From the NCBI RefSeq assembly GCF_035594765.1, contig NC_085842.1, positions 16,468,782 through 16,532,781 on the forward strand: a DNA stretch of 64,000 nucleotides, read 5' to 3'. Numbering within the stretch: position 1 is the first letter of the stretch; the number at the start of each line of letters is the position of its first letter. This stretch comes from Anolis carolinensis (taxonomy: Eukaryota). This document shows, in pieces, positions 36,953 through 48,660 of the stretch. The notes under the pieces are model-generated. The model had not been told where the DNA came from. It worked only from the letters and a program-made list of their open reading frames with translations, and did no database searches. Both the position numbers and the translations under genes were made by a program.

Positions 36953-37600
36953 TTATTTCCCCGTGTGTGTTGCTTGATGAAGATGGAAGTTTCTCTTCCG
37001 TTTGAAACTTTCTCCACACTCCAAACATTGAAATGATTTCCCCCCAGTGTGAATTCTTTGGTGTTCTCTGAGGTTTGCCTTCCATGCAAAGCCCTTTCCA
37101 CAATCCAAGCATTTGAATGGCTTCTCCCCAGTGTGTGTTGCTTGATGAGCAATTAGACATCTTTTGTCTGTAAAAGAGCTTTTGCACTCCAAGCATTTAA
37201 AGGGCTTTTCCCCAGTGTGGATTCTTTGGTGTTCTGTGAGGTTTGTCCTCCATGAAAAGCTCTTCCCACAGTCCAAGCATTTGAATGGCTTTTCCCCAGA
37301 GTGTGTTGCTTGATGAGCAATTAGGCATCTTTTTTCTGTAAAAGAGGTTTCACATTCCAAGCATTGAAAGGGTTTCTTCCCTATGTGAATGGTCTGGTGA
37401 GAGGCAAAGCATGCCTTTAGACGGAAGCTCTTTCCACACTCCAAGCACTGAAAGGGTTTCCCCCCAGTGTGGATTCTTTGATGTTGTGTGAGGTTTGACT
37501 TCCGTGCAAAGCCCTTTCCACAATCCAAGCATTTGAATGGCTTTTGCCCAGAGTGTGTTGCATAATGAGCAATTAGACCTCCTTTGTCTGTAAAAGATCT
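36953..37600 (-). pseudogene. Gene 3: out-of-frame distal finger array (7.5 fingers)
   Basis: intact fingers continue in a second frame after a 1-nt deletion at ~37598 (TGT GGA GA- TCT TTT). Confidence 0.8.
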
Positions 37601-38393
37601 CCACACTCCAAGCATTGAAAGGGTTTCTTCCCTGTGTGAATGGTCTGGTGAGAAGCAAAGCAACCCTTTAGACGAAAGCTCTTTCCGCACTCCAAGCATT
37701 TAAAGGGTTTCTCCCCCGAGTGAATTTTTTGGTGAGAAGTGAGATTTCTCTTCTCAATAAAAGACTTCCCACATTCCAAGCATTTAAATGGCTTCTCCCC
37801 AGTATGAGTAGCTTGATGATCGGTAAGGCCTATCTTTTGAGTGAAACTCTTCCCACACTCCAAACATGTAAATGGCTTCTCCCCAGTATGAGTAGCTTGA
37901 TGATAAGTGAGGTTTATCTTCTGAATGAAGCCCTTTCCACACTCCAAGCATTTAAATGGCTTCTCCCCAGTATGAGTAGCTTGATGATAGGTAAGGCTTA
38001 TCTTGTGAATGAAACCCTTTCCACATTCCAAGCATTTAAATGGCTTCTCCCCAGTATGAGTAGCTTGATGAGAGGTGAGACCTGTCTTCTGAGTGAAACT
38101 CTTTCCACACTCCAAGCATTTAAATGGCTTCTCCCCAGTATGGGTAACTTGATGACGAGTCAGGTTTATTTTCTGAAAGAAGCCCTTTCCACACTCCAAG
38201 CATTTGAATTTTTTATCTCCCGTGTGCATTGCTTGATGATAAGCAACGCTATTCTTATTACGGAAAAATTTTCCGCACTCCAAGCACTTAAAAGGTTTCC
38301 TCTTAGCGTACGTTGCTTGCTGACCAGAAAGGCCCAGCTCCTTCTTCTCTCCACAGTCCCAGTATTGAGATGATTCCCCTTCTCTGTCAGTTG
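37573..38393 (-). CDS. Gene 3: C2H2 zinc-finger exon (8 fingers before the frameshift stop)
   Basis: tgtcaag| phase-1 acceptor shared with gene 4; TGEKPFKCLECGK repeats. Confidence 0.85.
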
Positions 38394-39387
38394 CTTGACA
38401 ACAAAGAAAATGAGAACACATATTTTAAAAAACCCCAAAATCTTAATAGGTATCATTCAAGTGCTCACCAGAAATTTAGGTAATCAATCCCATTGCTGAG
38501 CTTCTCTTACTTCAAGAGTTTCTTTTTCAAAATCTACTTTTTTCTAATGTCCACCTATTAGACCTGGTACACTCTTTAACAAGACTAAATGCTAACTTTC
38601 CAGGGGTAGCAAACTGTAAAATCATGTAGAAGATACCACTTTCCCCAAGGCTCGGGTGGGTGAAACCATGTATATGAATATACAGGGTACATGCTATAGT
38701 TACCAATTGATAGGATTAACTGTGAAATAGAGAGCCTATTTCTGCATTTCGGAAATGGTATTTCCAATAATAAAGCAAATTACAAACAACTAGAAACAAG
38801 ACTGCTCCCCATATTTTGTGAGGGATTGCAGGCTAAAAAGCCAATTTTTTGGGGGGGGTTTGTTGTTGTTGTTTGATTGCTAATAGAGGAGCATTAGAAA
38901 AAAAGTGGACAACCTCGCAATTGGAGTTGTTTATACAGTGGGCTATGATAGACACTATATTTGATACCCTGCTCAGTCATGGAAACAAATTGGGTGAACT
39001 TAGACAAGTCACACAGTATCAGTCCCAGAAAACCCTGTGATAGATTTCTTTAAGGCTTGGCATAAAATGGAAATGACCTCAAGGTACACAACAATGACAA
39101 GAACAATGAAAAAATGTACAAAATGATAGAAACATCCAGTTTCTTTTCAACCTGTTTCAACAATGGGTTGATTTCAAAAATGACACCTAGTATTTTCTGC
39201 CCCCCTCCACATCATGTCAGACATATAGAGAGATGCTATAGTTGACTGATAAATTTAATGTTATTTCAACCTGTTGTGAACCTATGATGAACCTGGTGAG
39301 TTCTTTGCCCTCCTCCTTTTTTAAGTGACATTATGTGACGATGTCATTTTTGCTACTAATACATTTTTATAAAAGAGGGAGCCTTAC

Positions 39388-39508
39388 TTAAAGAGGACAC
39401 AGTCTCCACATTTTCCTTCATGACTTGTTGATGCAAGGCCCTTTGGTCCAGATCCAGCAGGGCCCACTCCTCCTCACTGAAAGACACAGCCACCTCTTGG
39501 AAGGTCAC
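39388..39508 (-). CDS. Gene 3: KRAB-A exon
   Basis: VTFQEVAVSFSEEEWALLDLDQRALHQQVMKENVETVSSL, 121 nt, ccag| and |gtaagg. Confidence 0.88.
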
Positions 39509-39711
39509 CTGGACAAAGAAACATTCTTGGTAAGCAGGAAATGCTGACCCCAGCCAGAAAGCCAGTTGCTTTTGGTGGCCAATACTGATGTCAATCTTTA
39601 CACAGGGATTCTGCTGCAGGCCTCTTGGGTGGAAAGAGGAGAGAATATCAATGCAAAGAGGACACCGGAAGCCTGAGCCCTTCTTGGCCCATCAGGGATT
39701 CTCTCACCTAC

Positions 39712-39791
39712 CTGATCTGGTGTCACAGAATTCGTACTGAGTACATCAAAAGGAAGAGGGAAGTCAGTATATGTTGGTTCTGATTCACCTC
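39712..39791 (-). CDS. Gene 3: linker exon 3
   Basis: 80 nt, ctacag|GA ... CAG|gtaggt, open (GESEPTYTDFPLPFDVLSTNSVTPDQ). Confidence 0.72.
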
Positions 39792-39874
39792 CTGTAGGAA
39801 TAGAAAGGGCAAGGGTATTTTATTGGCTATGGTCTACATTTCTGGTGGTACCATCTTTCTAATGGTAAAAGGTG

Positions 39875-40056
39875 TTTAATAATGGAGTATGCTGTGACCT
39901 GAGAGTGTGGTGGAGTCTTTTTCTCTGAAGGTTTGGATGGGCATCCATTAGGAGTGCTTTGAATGTGTATTCCTGCATGGCAGGGAGTTGGGACTGTATG
40001 ACCCTTGTGGGCTCTTTCAACTCTAGGATTCTGTTATTTTATGATTCTATGATTCA
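39875..40056 (+). mobile_element. Old CR1 3' end shared with gene 4 (56390-56590)
   Basis: ggatgggcatccattaggagtgctttgaatgtg...attctatgatt tail. Confidence 0.55.
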
Positions 40057-41330
40057 GTCATGGAAGGCACAGCCCTGAAATGGCACAACCTGAGCAAGGC
40101 TGGGAAGGGTAGGGCGTTGTTGTTGTTGCTGCTAAGTGCCTCCAGGCCAACTTTGAATGATGGTGATTCCATGAATGAGAGACCTCCAAGCTAGGTCTGC
40201 TCAGGTCTTGTAGATTCAGGACAGCCATGTTTCCCTTGGTGGAGTCCATCCCCCTACAATCCAATCTCTCTCTTTTCCTGCTGCCTGCTCTCTTACTAAA
40301 ACATTTTGTCATATCTAGTGAGCCCTGTGTAATCGTGATATGTCCACATTGCAACTATGTCTGTTCAGTCAACTTGGCTTCTGGGAGGAATTAAAGCTTG
40401 ATTTTCTCTATGACCCATTTATTTGTCTTTTTAGCCGAAGGCATCCATACAACCCTCTCCCAGCACATTTCAAATCGGCTTTCTTCACAGTGCAGCTTTC
40501 ACAGTTATACATAGAAAAGGGTACCTGTGGCCTTTAATTCACTAGTCAAAGGCATTTGAAACCAGTTGACATTAGCAACCTCTGGCCTGGATACTTCAGC
40601 CATTGGGATCTTTGAAGTATTATTCCCCTCCCCCGTTTTTTTGGTGGCTATTAGAGAGAGAAAACTGTACCTAATCCATCTGGCACTTAAAAATAGGTTC
40701 TCACCATGGGAATAGCATAGCAATATGTGTATCAATATGACATCCTTTCAACATATTCCCATCTTAACCTGCTCTTCTCCAGGCTAACCATATCCAGCTC
40801 CGTAAACTGTCCCTCATAGGGACAGCCACAGAGCTCTGCTGTTTTATTTATTTTTTTAATTAAGTAATTATTAGGGAGAAATAAGAAATGTTTAGGTTTG
40901 CAGCTGGACTTCTTCTCTGGCTGCCTACTAGTAGTAGCAATGGGACTCGTCTAGGAGCAGGCGACAGCAGTGGAGGCCATCATATATGTCAGTGACCTCA
41001 AAGTCACTGCACATTATCGCGTGGCTGAAATTGCTTTGGAAGACTGAGTGAATGCATGTTGAACAGCCCTAATTTTCAAGAACAGCTACTTAAGTACAAC
41101 TGGAAGATTGGTTTGCAGTGAGTTGACAGTGCTGTCATGTAAAGCCAGCCACCATCCAACGCAGGTCACATCCCTATGCACTACACTCCTAATGATGCAG
41201 CCAAAATGCATTGTTTTTTATGCCGCTTGATTATTTTTTACTCATGTTCAGTAAAACATATATCCAAAGGCTGCTAGATCCCTTTCACACACATATATGT
41301 TCATTGAGCCACAAAGACCAAAAGGAGTGG

Positions 41331-42064
41331 TGTGCTGGAACTGTATAAGTCCCAGTTCCTTTTTTCAGGCTGACTCACCCACAGCTTGAGACTAGCCATT
41401 TTTCTGTTAGTTTAAGAGGATGGAGTTCTAGTTTGGAACAGTAGGTTTGCCCACCCCATTGCCTGGGAAAGATTTAGCTTAAGAGTTATTACCACCAGGG
41501 AATCTTGGAAGCAAGATGTGTCTATAGTTGGTCACATCGAGATCCAGGTTTGGGCAGGCCATTTCAAGTCAATACTAACTATTATTCTGGGAATTCATTA
41601 GACTTTACTGACCTACCGCTGGTCAGTAGCAGCCTGTGGAGTTTCCAGCACCTTCAGCAAGGTGCCAGTACTCAATAGGAGAGGCCTGCTCTCTCAGCCT
41701 CCATCCTGATCACCTTGGGCATTGGGTGCCCCAAAGGCCCCTTTTCCAGAGAAAGTGAGCAAGGGAAACTTTCACCTGTCCTTTGTCTCCAGAATCCTCC
41801 ACTAACAGTGACTTCAAGAACAAGCGGTTATCTTCGAACTTTAAGTATGGACTTTGTTGTGGGGAAACCAAGATAGTGCCTGGGTGGAGATAGGCCCAAG
41901 ACCAATTAATAAATTGTTACTGTTTCTTTAAAGCAATAGTGTGGGCATTGATTCTGTGGGGTTCCTTGCTCAAACAGGAAGGCAAACCAGCATCCCCCAA
42001 CTGTTAGAAAGTTAAGACATATTAGTGTTAAAGACATTTAAAGCAGCTTGGGTGCAACAGTGCA
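41331..42064 (+). mobile_element. Solo LTR, 734 bp, in gene 3 intron 2
   Basis: TG...CA ends, 5-bp TSD agtgg, AATAAA ~41908; empty site aaaaggagtggagtaaag in gene 4 at ~58045. Confidence 0.75.
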
Positions 42065-42100
42065 AGTGGAGTAAAGTCATCCGTGTCCTTTGGTATTTAC

Positions 42101-42206
42101 TTGTGGAGCTGGGTGGTTCCCTTTGTCCTGCGCAATCCAGCATCTGGCTGGAGGTGGAGGGAGGCCTTTCCAACGAGGTAGCCACTTCTGCACACAAGTC
42201 CACCGC
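42101..42206 (-). CDS. Gene 3: linker exon 2
   Basis: 106 nt, tttcag|AVDLCAEVATSLERPP... A|gtaaat. Confidence 0.72.
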
Positions 42207-42342
42207 CTGAAAAAACACCAAAGGACACAGATAAAAATGATCAGAAAATAAGGAAAAGAGGCGAGGGAGGGATCTGGAGTCTGGCTCCCTTCATAATCAC
42301 CGTCCTTGCCTCCTTGAAAGGGTGGGGAGAAGATTCTCTCAC

Positions 42343-42900
42343 CTGTTGCTCCTTCTCTGTCTCCTCTTCTGCCCAACTCAGGAGGAATCCTTCAGCCAAA
42401 GCCACGGCCTGGGAACTGGTCTCTGCCCCACATTCCCTCACCCAGCGCTCCATCTCCGCAGGAAGGACGGCCAGGAACTGCTCCAGGAGCACCAGGTCCA
42501 GCATCTCCGCCTTGGAGTGTCGCTCAGGCTTCAGCCACAGGCGGCAGAGAGAGTGGAGGCGGCTGCAAACCTCTCGGGGCCCCAAGGTCTCCTTGTAGTT
42601 GAACTGCCTAAAGCTCTGGCGCTCTGCCTCTGAAGGTGGGCTGTGTTCCCGCAGCCCCTTCCCCAAAAGGCCTCCTTCCCAGAACTGCCCTCCATTCCCA
42701 GCAGGAAAGGCAGGCGGGTCCGTGCTTGGCTCAGGGTCTAAGGCTTCTTGCTTTCCTACCCGCCTCCTGTTCTTGCAGACAGGCTCCAGCATGGGCAGAA
42801 GAGCCATCTCCCTCTTGGGAAGGCACACTCCCTCCTTCTCCACAAACCCTGCAAAGCACACCCAGTCACTCCTCCTCCTCCTCCAGGAAGATTTCCACAT
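42343..42900 (-). CDS. Gene 3: SCAN-domain exon (first in-frame ATG 42900; start uncertain)
   Basis: SCAN motif, CAG|gtgaga donor; the ATG used in gene 4 is GTG here; candidate acceptor at 43021. Confidence 0.82.
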
Positions 42901-44189
42901 GGCCAGAAGAGGAGGGACCTTGCCTGCAGGAAGCTTATCATTGACCACTGACTTCCCCTCTAGGAATCCACTCCTTTGCTTTAACTTTTTGGATGCCGCA
43001 GAGCAACCCCCCCCCCCCCTCTGAAAGACATGGGGAGATGCTGCTTTCAATGCATTTCCCCAGGAACAGAAGAGGGTTGAATAACTTAAACCATCAGTTC
43101 CCAAACTGAGGTCCTCTGGATGTTTGGACTTTAATCAACACAATCTGTAATCATTGGCCAAGGAAAATGAGGCTTCTGGGAGTTGAAGTCCAAAACCTCT
43201 GGGAGTCTGGAAACTGAGACACTGCCTTAAAGGGACCAGACATTTTCTGTACTTGGAAGCGAAGAAGGGGTGGCTCTGGTAGTGCTTGGGTGGGAGACAC
43301 CAATGAATCCCAGATGCTGTAGGAAGCCACTGGCAAAACTTGTGCATTACAGTTGCTGCCTGCTTCTTTAAAATCCAGAGATTTAGGACTCTAAATCTTC
43401 CAGCAATAGAAAAGAGAGCCAGAGAAATAAGCCACCCTTCCATCAAGGAGCCTCTCCCGTTTCTCCTGCCTCAGCTTCCTTGGTGAACATGACTTCAATG
43501 GCCCTGGCTCAATGTTGTAGAATCCTGGGAGTTGTAGTTCAACAAGCTCTTTAGCTTTCTCTGCCAATGAGGGCTAGTGCCCCCCCCAACTACAAATCCC
43601 ATGCAGTATAGAACAGATGCATCCTAGGTGATTCCAAAATCCTTGGGTGAATCTATACTGGAATCAATGCAGCCTGATGCCACTTTCATTGCTATGGTTC
43701 AATGCTATGGAATCATGGGGGCAGGAGTTTACACTGTCTTGAGACTTTGGCAAAGAATGCTGATGTCTCATCAAACTACAACTCCCAGGATTGCATAGTT
43801 CTGAGCCATTGCAATTAAAAGTGCTGTCAAAGTGCATTAACTCTGTAGTGTAGATGCATCCTAGGAGGGCTATGCTTGCTGGGGCCAAGACTTTTTGGTG
43901 ACCTTTCTCTGAACATATTATAGGTTGTCAGGGTGGATGACATAAATAAAGTTTCACACAGGAACCACTGTGACATTTGGGAGGTCCCCATGTAGGATCA
44001 CAGCGGTACTTGAAGCGGATGAGTTTGGTTTTGAAGAACCTTAGGTTGCAAAGACTGAATATAACAAAATTGGAAGATAAGGATAGAGAGAGATCTTTTC
44101 ATTTCTTGTAACATTTAAGTGCAATGGCCCAGTCAAATAGTATTGATCTTGGATTGCTGTGAGTTTTCTGAGCTATATGGCCATGTTCT

Positions 44190-44352
44190 GAAATGCAAAG
44201 ATACAGAATGGGGAGTGCCTGGCTCGACAGCAGTACACATGAAAAAGATCTTGGAAATCCTCGAGGACAACAAGTTAAACATGGGCCAACAATGTGATGT
44301 GGCGGCAAAAAAAGCCAATGGGATTTTGGCCTGCATAAATAGGAGTATAGCA
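44190..44352 (+). mobile_element. CR1 internal fragment
   Basis: [29 protein letters not shown]. Confidence 0.7.
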
Positions 44353-44769
44353 GGGTGAGAAAAGCTGAGCAGGGAGAGAAAGGGAGAAGATTCTGGAAGT
44401 CCAATAGAAGTTTGGCGAGGGACAGAAAGAACTCGAAAAAGTATAAGGAAAGGTTAGAATATTAAATACTAATATTAAAACATACATATACATAATCAGC
44501 AACAACAGCTGTTACAGCAGTTCAGCAAATCATAACCATCTGGTGCAAGCAACAGAGAGACTGAGCTTAAGCAATCCAGGACTTTATTCAAAGAACATAA
44601 GTAGATAGGAAAGTTAACAGGGCCAAACTATCCATCTTACCCACAACAGACATAATTCCATGCTCATAGAAGAGCAAAGGGAACAGCTGCTTTGTGTCTC
44701 CTTTGTTGAGAGAAAAAGGGGACTCCCAATATATACTCCACATACCTGGCCATGCATCTTGTCCAGCCT

Positions 44770-46850
44770 TGATGACCGAAACCCCAGCTTTTAAATTAAT
44801 TTAAAAAACGCAGCAGAGAGTTCCGCAGATCACTCACCAAAGGAACGGAACGGGACCGCAGCAGACTATTATTAAAAAACCTTTTTTCTTCACTTTCCCC
44901 TTCCCTGCACTATGTAACAAATCCCCCAATAAAAGTAGCATTTATTTTAACAGTAACACTCTCTATCTGGTTATTTTGTGTCTTTTTCTGACTCCTTCCT
45001 TTGCATGTAATCTCTCTCTCCCCCTCGCTAACCCGTCTGATCTTTAAACCCTGGCGGAGGTTTCTCCGCCATAGATTAATACGGCGGGCGGTACAAATTG
45101 GCTCATATCTTTATCAAAACTACCTCTAGCATGCTCTTCTTTTAGTCCTAATCCTTTCTAAGGCTCCTGACTCAAGGACCACCAGCGGAACCGAAATCGG
45201 TCCAGTTCTCAGCACCTCAACAGCTGACTGTCAAACGGGACCGACTGCTCTTTCCAAGCCGGACTGCTTTCTTTCAGCCTTATCCCGGACTTTCCTCTCT
45301 CCGCGACACGCGGAATGGTTTTAAGAGATCCCTAGCCCCTTTCTGTGAATTGGGGATGGGGGGATCGCTCTCTCGCTGGGGAGACATAGTTCTCCACCCT
45401 CTCTACAGCTGCCAGGGGGTGCCTGGACGGGCGCCCTCCACGTTTCATTCATACCTTCATAATTTTGTGAAGGAGAAGAACACTCTTCCCCAGACCTACC
45501 CCTGGACTTATGAAATCCTATACTTCCAAAGACTGCAACCCACATGTGCCCCTTCCCCATGCCATCTCTATGAATTCCTTCCATCACAGATGAACTCTTT
45601 TTTCCTCATATATCCGTGAATTTTCATATTCTATGTACCTGGACACCCTCATGACTCACTGTCGTATGAATTTCTAATCGTTGGGCTAACTTCATGAATT
45701 GTGAAATCATGCTGCTAGAACTCCACTCCTATGACTTTCCATATTGGGTTCCCCAGATGTTGTGAACTTCGTTCTTATCAAATGTTTTCAATTGTTTATA
45801 TCATTCATGATTCCCCTTTGTGAAATGTAACTCACTTTTACGAATTCTCCCTTATTTCCATGAAATCTATCTGCCTATATGTATTTGTACTCTTTGGGAT
45901 CCCCGGAAAATATGTGTTTTTCCCAGTTGGGTTTATGTTCCAACTTTATTTTATTTTTCATTTTTTATCTCATATAATTGTCAAATCATGAGATCAAATG
46001 GGAAATGTTTTGACCCCAACATGAACCCTAGCCCCTATGACCCAGGCCTCCCTTCCCAAAAACAAAAGGATAATCTGCCACAGCTTAACCCAATCTAATC
46101 CAGATTGCATGGACAATATAAGGCTAAGAGTCACCAAATTCGGAATATAGTCCTAAAGGTGATTCAGCCCCCAGGGCAAACATTGTCATATCTCAGGGAA
46201 TTCCAGGACGCCCCACGTTGGGCGCCCTGTGGAGCCTGTCAATTTTGGCTCATCAACACCCATCACCACTTCCCCTCTGACACCCCAAGGCATATCTAAA
46301 ATCTGTGAATGTGACAGGACCCCGGACATCCTTGATGGGTGCCATTAATCCCTTTAGAAATCGGCCGGGCAAGGACTAATCCGGTCCTTCCTGCTTAGTC
46401 ACTTCATTGTTTCAATAGCTCCCGCGTCCCCCTCTCTGATTGGCCCGAGTGGGGACAAAAAGCGGCTCCCCATTGGGCCAGCAGAGCAAGGCGGGAAACG
46501 AAAGCCCGCCTCGTTCAACCTTCTAGCCTATCCGCGATCAGATGGGCGGGGGAGCGGGGCGGGAAATTCAAAGGGCTGTCAGACCGAAACATTGTATAAA
46601 TATGGCTTTATTTGAAACATATGATACGCTAGTAGACTGAATGATCGCTACTAGTGTCCTTTTCAGCTGAATCGCTCAATAAAGACTCCTTGGCGGATTT
46701 TCCTTCATCTTTGGCGGACCTTCTTCATTTCGGCTCCAGGTTGTATTGCGGCTCATATTCTCCTATTGGCTCCGCCAAGGTCCGTTCTCTCAGGACCGGA
46801 TCGGCTCTCTCCTTAAGGGGCCCGATCCCCCTAAAACGCGGTCGACAACA
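44770..46850 (+). mobile_element. Giant solo LTR (2081 bp) of an ERV-like family
   Basis: TGATGACCG...CGGTCGACAACA, 4-bp TSD gcct, empty paralogous site at 36696; homologous to 61307-63287. Confidence 0.85.
46435..46683 (+). promoter_or_regulatory. LTR core promoter and polyA signal
   Basis: two ATTGG (inverted CCAAT), GC boxes 46543-46563, TATAAA 46595-46600, AATAAA 46678-46683; the best-conserved part between the two LTR copies. Confidence 0.7.
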
Positions 46851-46904
46851 GCCTGAAACCTCTTTTTGTCTTCTGTCTTATTTTCAGTAACTCTTTCTTT
46901 GATG

Positions 46905-47945
46905 GATTGTTTTGAGTTCTCTGGGCTCTCTGGCCATGTTCCAGAAGAATTCTCTCCTGACATTTTGCCCACAACTATGGCAGGCAACCTCAGAGGTTGA
47001 GGTTTCTGTTGGAAAATAAGTAAGTGAGGTTTATATATCTGTGGAATGTCCAGGGTGGGGGAAAGAACCCTTGCCTGCTTGAAGTACAGTAGAGTCTCAC
47101 TTATCCAACACTCGCTTATCCAACGTTCTGGATTATCCAACACATTTTTGTAGTCAATGTTTTCAATATATTATGATATTTTGGTGATAAATTCATAAAT
47201 ACAGTAATTACTATGTAGCATTACTGCATATTGAACTACTTTTTCTGCCAAATTTGTTGTCTAACATGATGTTTTGGTGCTTCATTTGTAAAATCATAAC
47301 CTAATTTGATGCTTAATAGGCTTTTCCTTAATGCCTCATTATCCAACATATTTGCTTATCCAACATTCTGCCGGCCCGTTTATGTTGGATAAGTGAGACT
47401 CTACTGTATGTGTGAATGTTGCAAATTGCCACCTTGATTAGCATTTTAATGGCCTGCAGTTTCAAGACTTGGCTGGTTGATGCCTGGGGGAATTATTTGT
47501 TGGGAGGTGTTAGCTGGCCCTGATTGATTATTGTCTGGAATTCCCCTACTTTTTGAGTCTTGCTCTTTATTTACTGTCCTGATTTTAGAGTTTTTGAAAT
47601 ACTGGTAGCCAGATTGTGTTCATTTTCATGGTTTTCTCCTTTTTGTTGAAATTGTCCACATTCATGTGGGTCTCAATGGCTTCTCTGTGTAATCCGACAT
47701 GGTAGTTGTCAGAGTGGTTCATCAAGTGCTCTGCTATGGCTGACTTCTCAGGTTGAGTTAGTCTGCAGTGCCTTTCATGTTTCTTGATTAGTGTTTGGGC
47801 AATGCTACATTTGGTGGTCCCTAAGTAGACTTGTCCACAGCTTCACGGTATATGGTAGACTTCTGCAGAGGTGAGAGGATCCCTCTTGTCTTTGGCTGAA
47901 GGTAGCAGTTGTAGGATTTTATTCATGAGTCTGTAGATGGTTTGT
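46905..47945 (-). mobile_element. Penelope remnant with nested Tc1 MITE (47087-47406)
   Basis: ggccatgttccagaag terminal sequence, GIY-YIG-like ctgtggacaagtctac; MITE with both TIRs. Confidence 0.72.
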
Positions 47946-48229
47946 ATTCTCATCAGCTCCCCTATGCGTACAGTGTTTCTCTTGATAAATTGCAAGAACA
48001 CTTTTCCTCTGGGTGGATCTTTTTTTGATATTTCAGCAAAAGAAGCCAATTTGTTCAGAAAGAAATACTTTTTAAAATGTCAGTTATTCCTAAAAAAGCA
48101 ACAACAAAGAAGTACTATTTTAAAGTCATCTCACTCTATTACAGAAGTTCAGTCTCCTCGTGGTTTGGATGAAGGGTGATAGGGGAGGCGTTTTTTCTGG
48201 CAAAAGCTCTTTCGTAACTCCGGGCATTT

Positions 48230-48660
48230 AAAGGGTTCCTTCCCCTGTATGTGTCGCTTGATGAAGATGGAGTTGTCGCTTCAGTTTGAAACTTCTTTCA
48301 CTCCAAACAGTGAAACGGTTTTTCCCCAGTGTGGATTCTTTGATGTCGTATGAGGCTTGCCTTCAGTGTGAAACCCTTCCCACAATCCAAGCATTTGAAT
48401 TTTTTTTCCCCAGAGTGTGTTGCTTGATGAGCAATTAGACATCTTTTCTCTGTAAAAGAGCTTTCACACTCTAAGCATTTAAAGGGGTTTTCCCCAGTGT
48501 GGATTCTTTGATGTTGTTTGCGGTTTGCCTTCAGTGTGAAGCCCTTCCCACAATCCAAGCATTTGAATGGTTTTTCCCCAGAGTGTGTTGCTTGATGAGC
48601 AATTAGACATCTTTTCTCTGTAAAAGAGCTTTCACACTCTAAGAATTTAAAGGGTTTTTC
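48230..48660 (-). pseudogene. Gene 4: out-of-frame, decaying distal fingers
   Basis: after a +1 G at ~48660 the repeats continue with a Cys>Phe change, a Leu>Arg change and a TGA at 48298. Confidence 0.78.

Noticed and set aside
37720-38373. Long antisense ORFs across finger arrays (also 26906-27355, 49172-50581)
   Set aside because: Known property of C2H2 repeat codon usage; no independent evidence of coding.
45321-46299. Short ORFs in the giant LTR as accessory genes
   Set aside because: Starts, stops and frames differ in the second LTR copy; no recognisable motifs.
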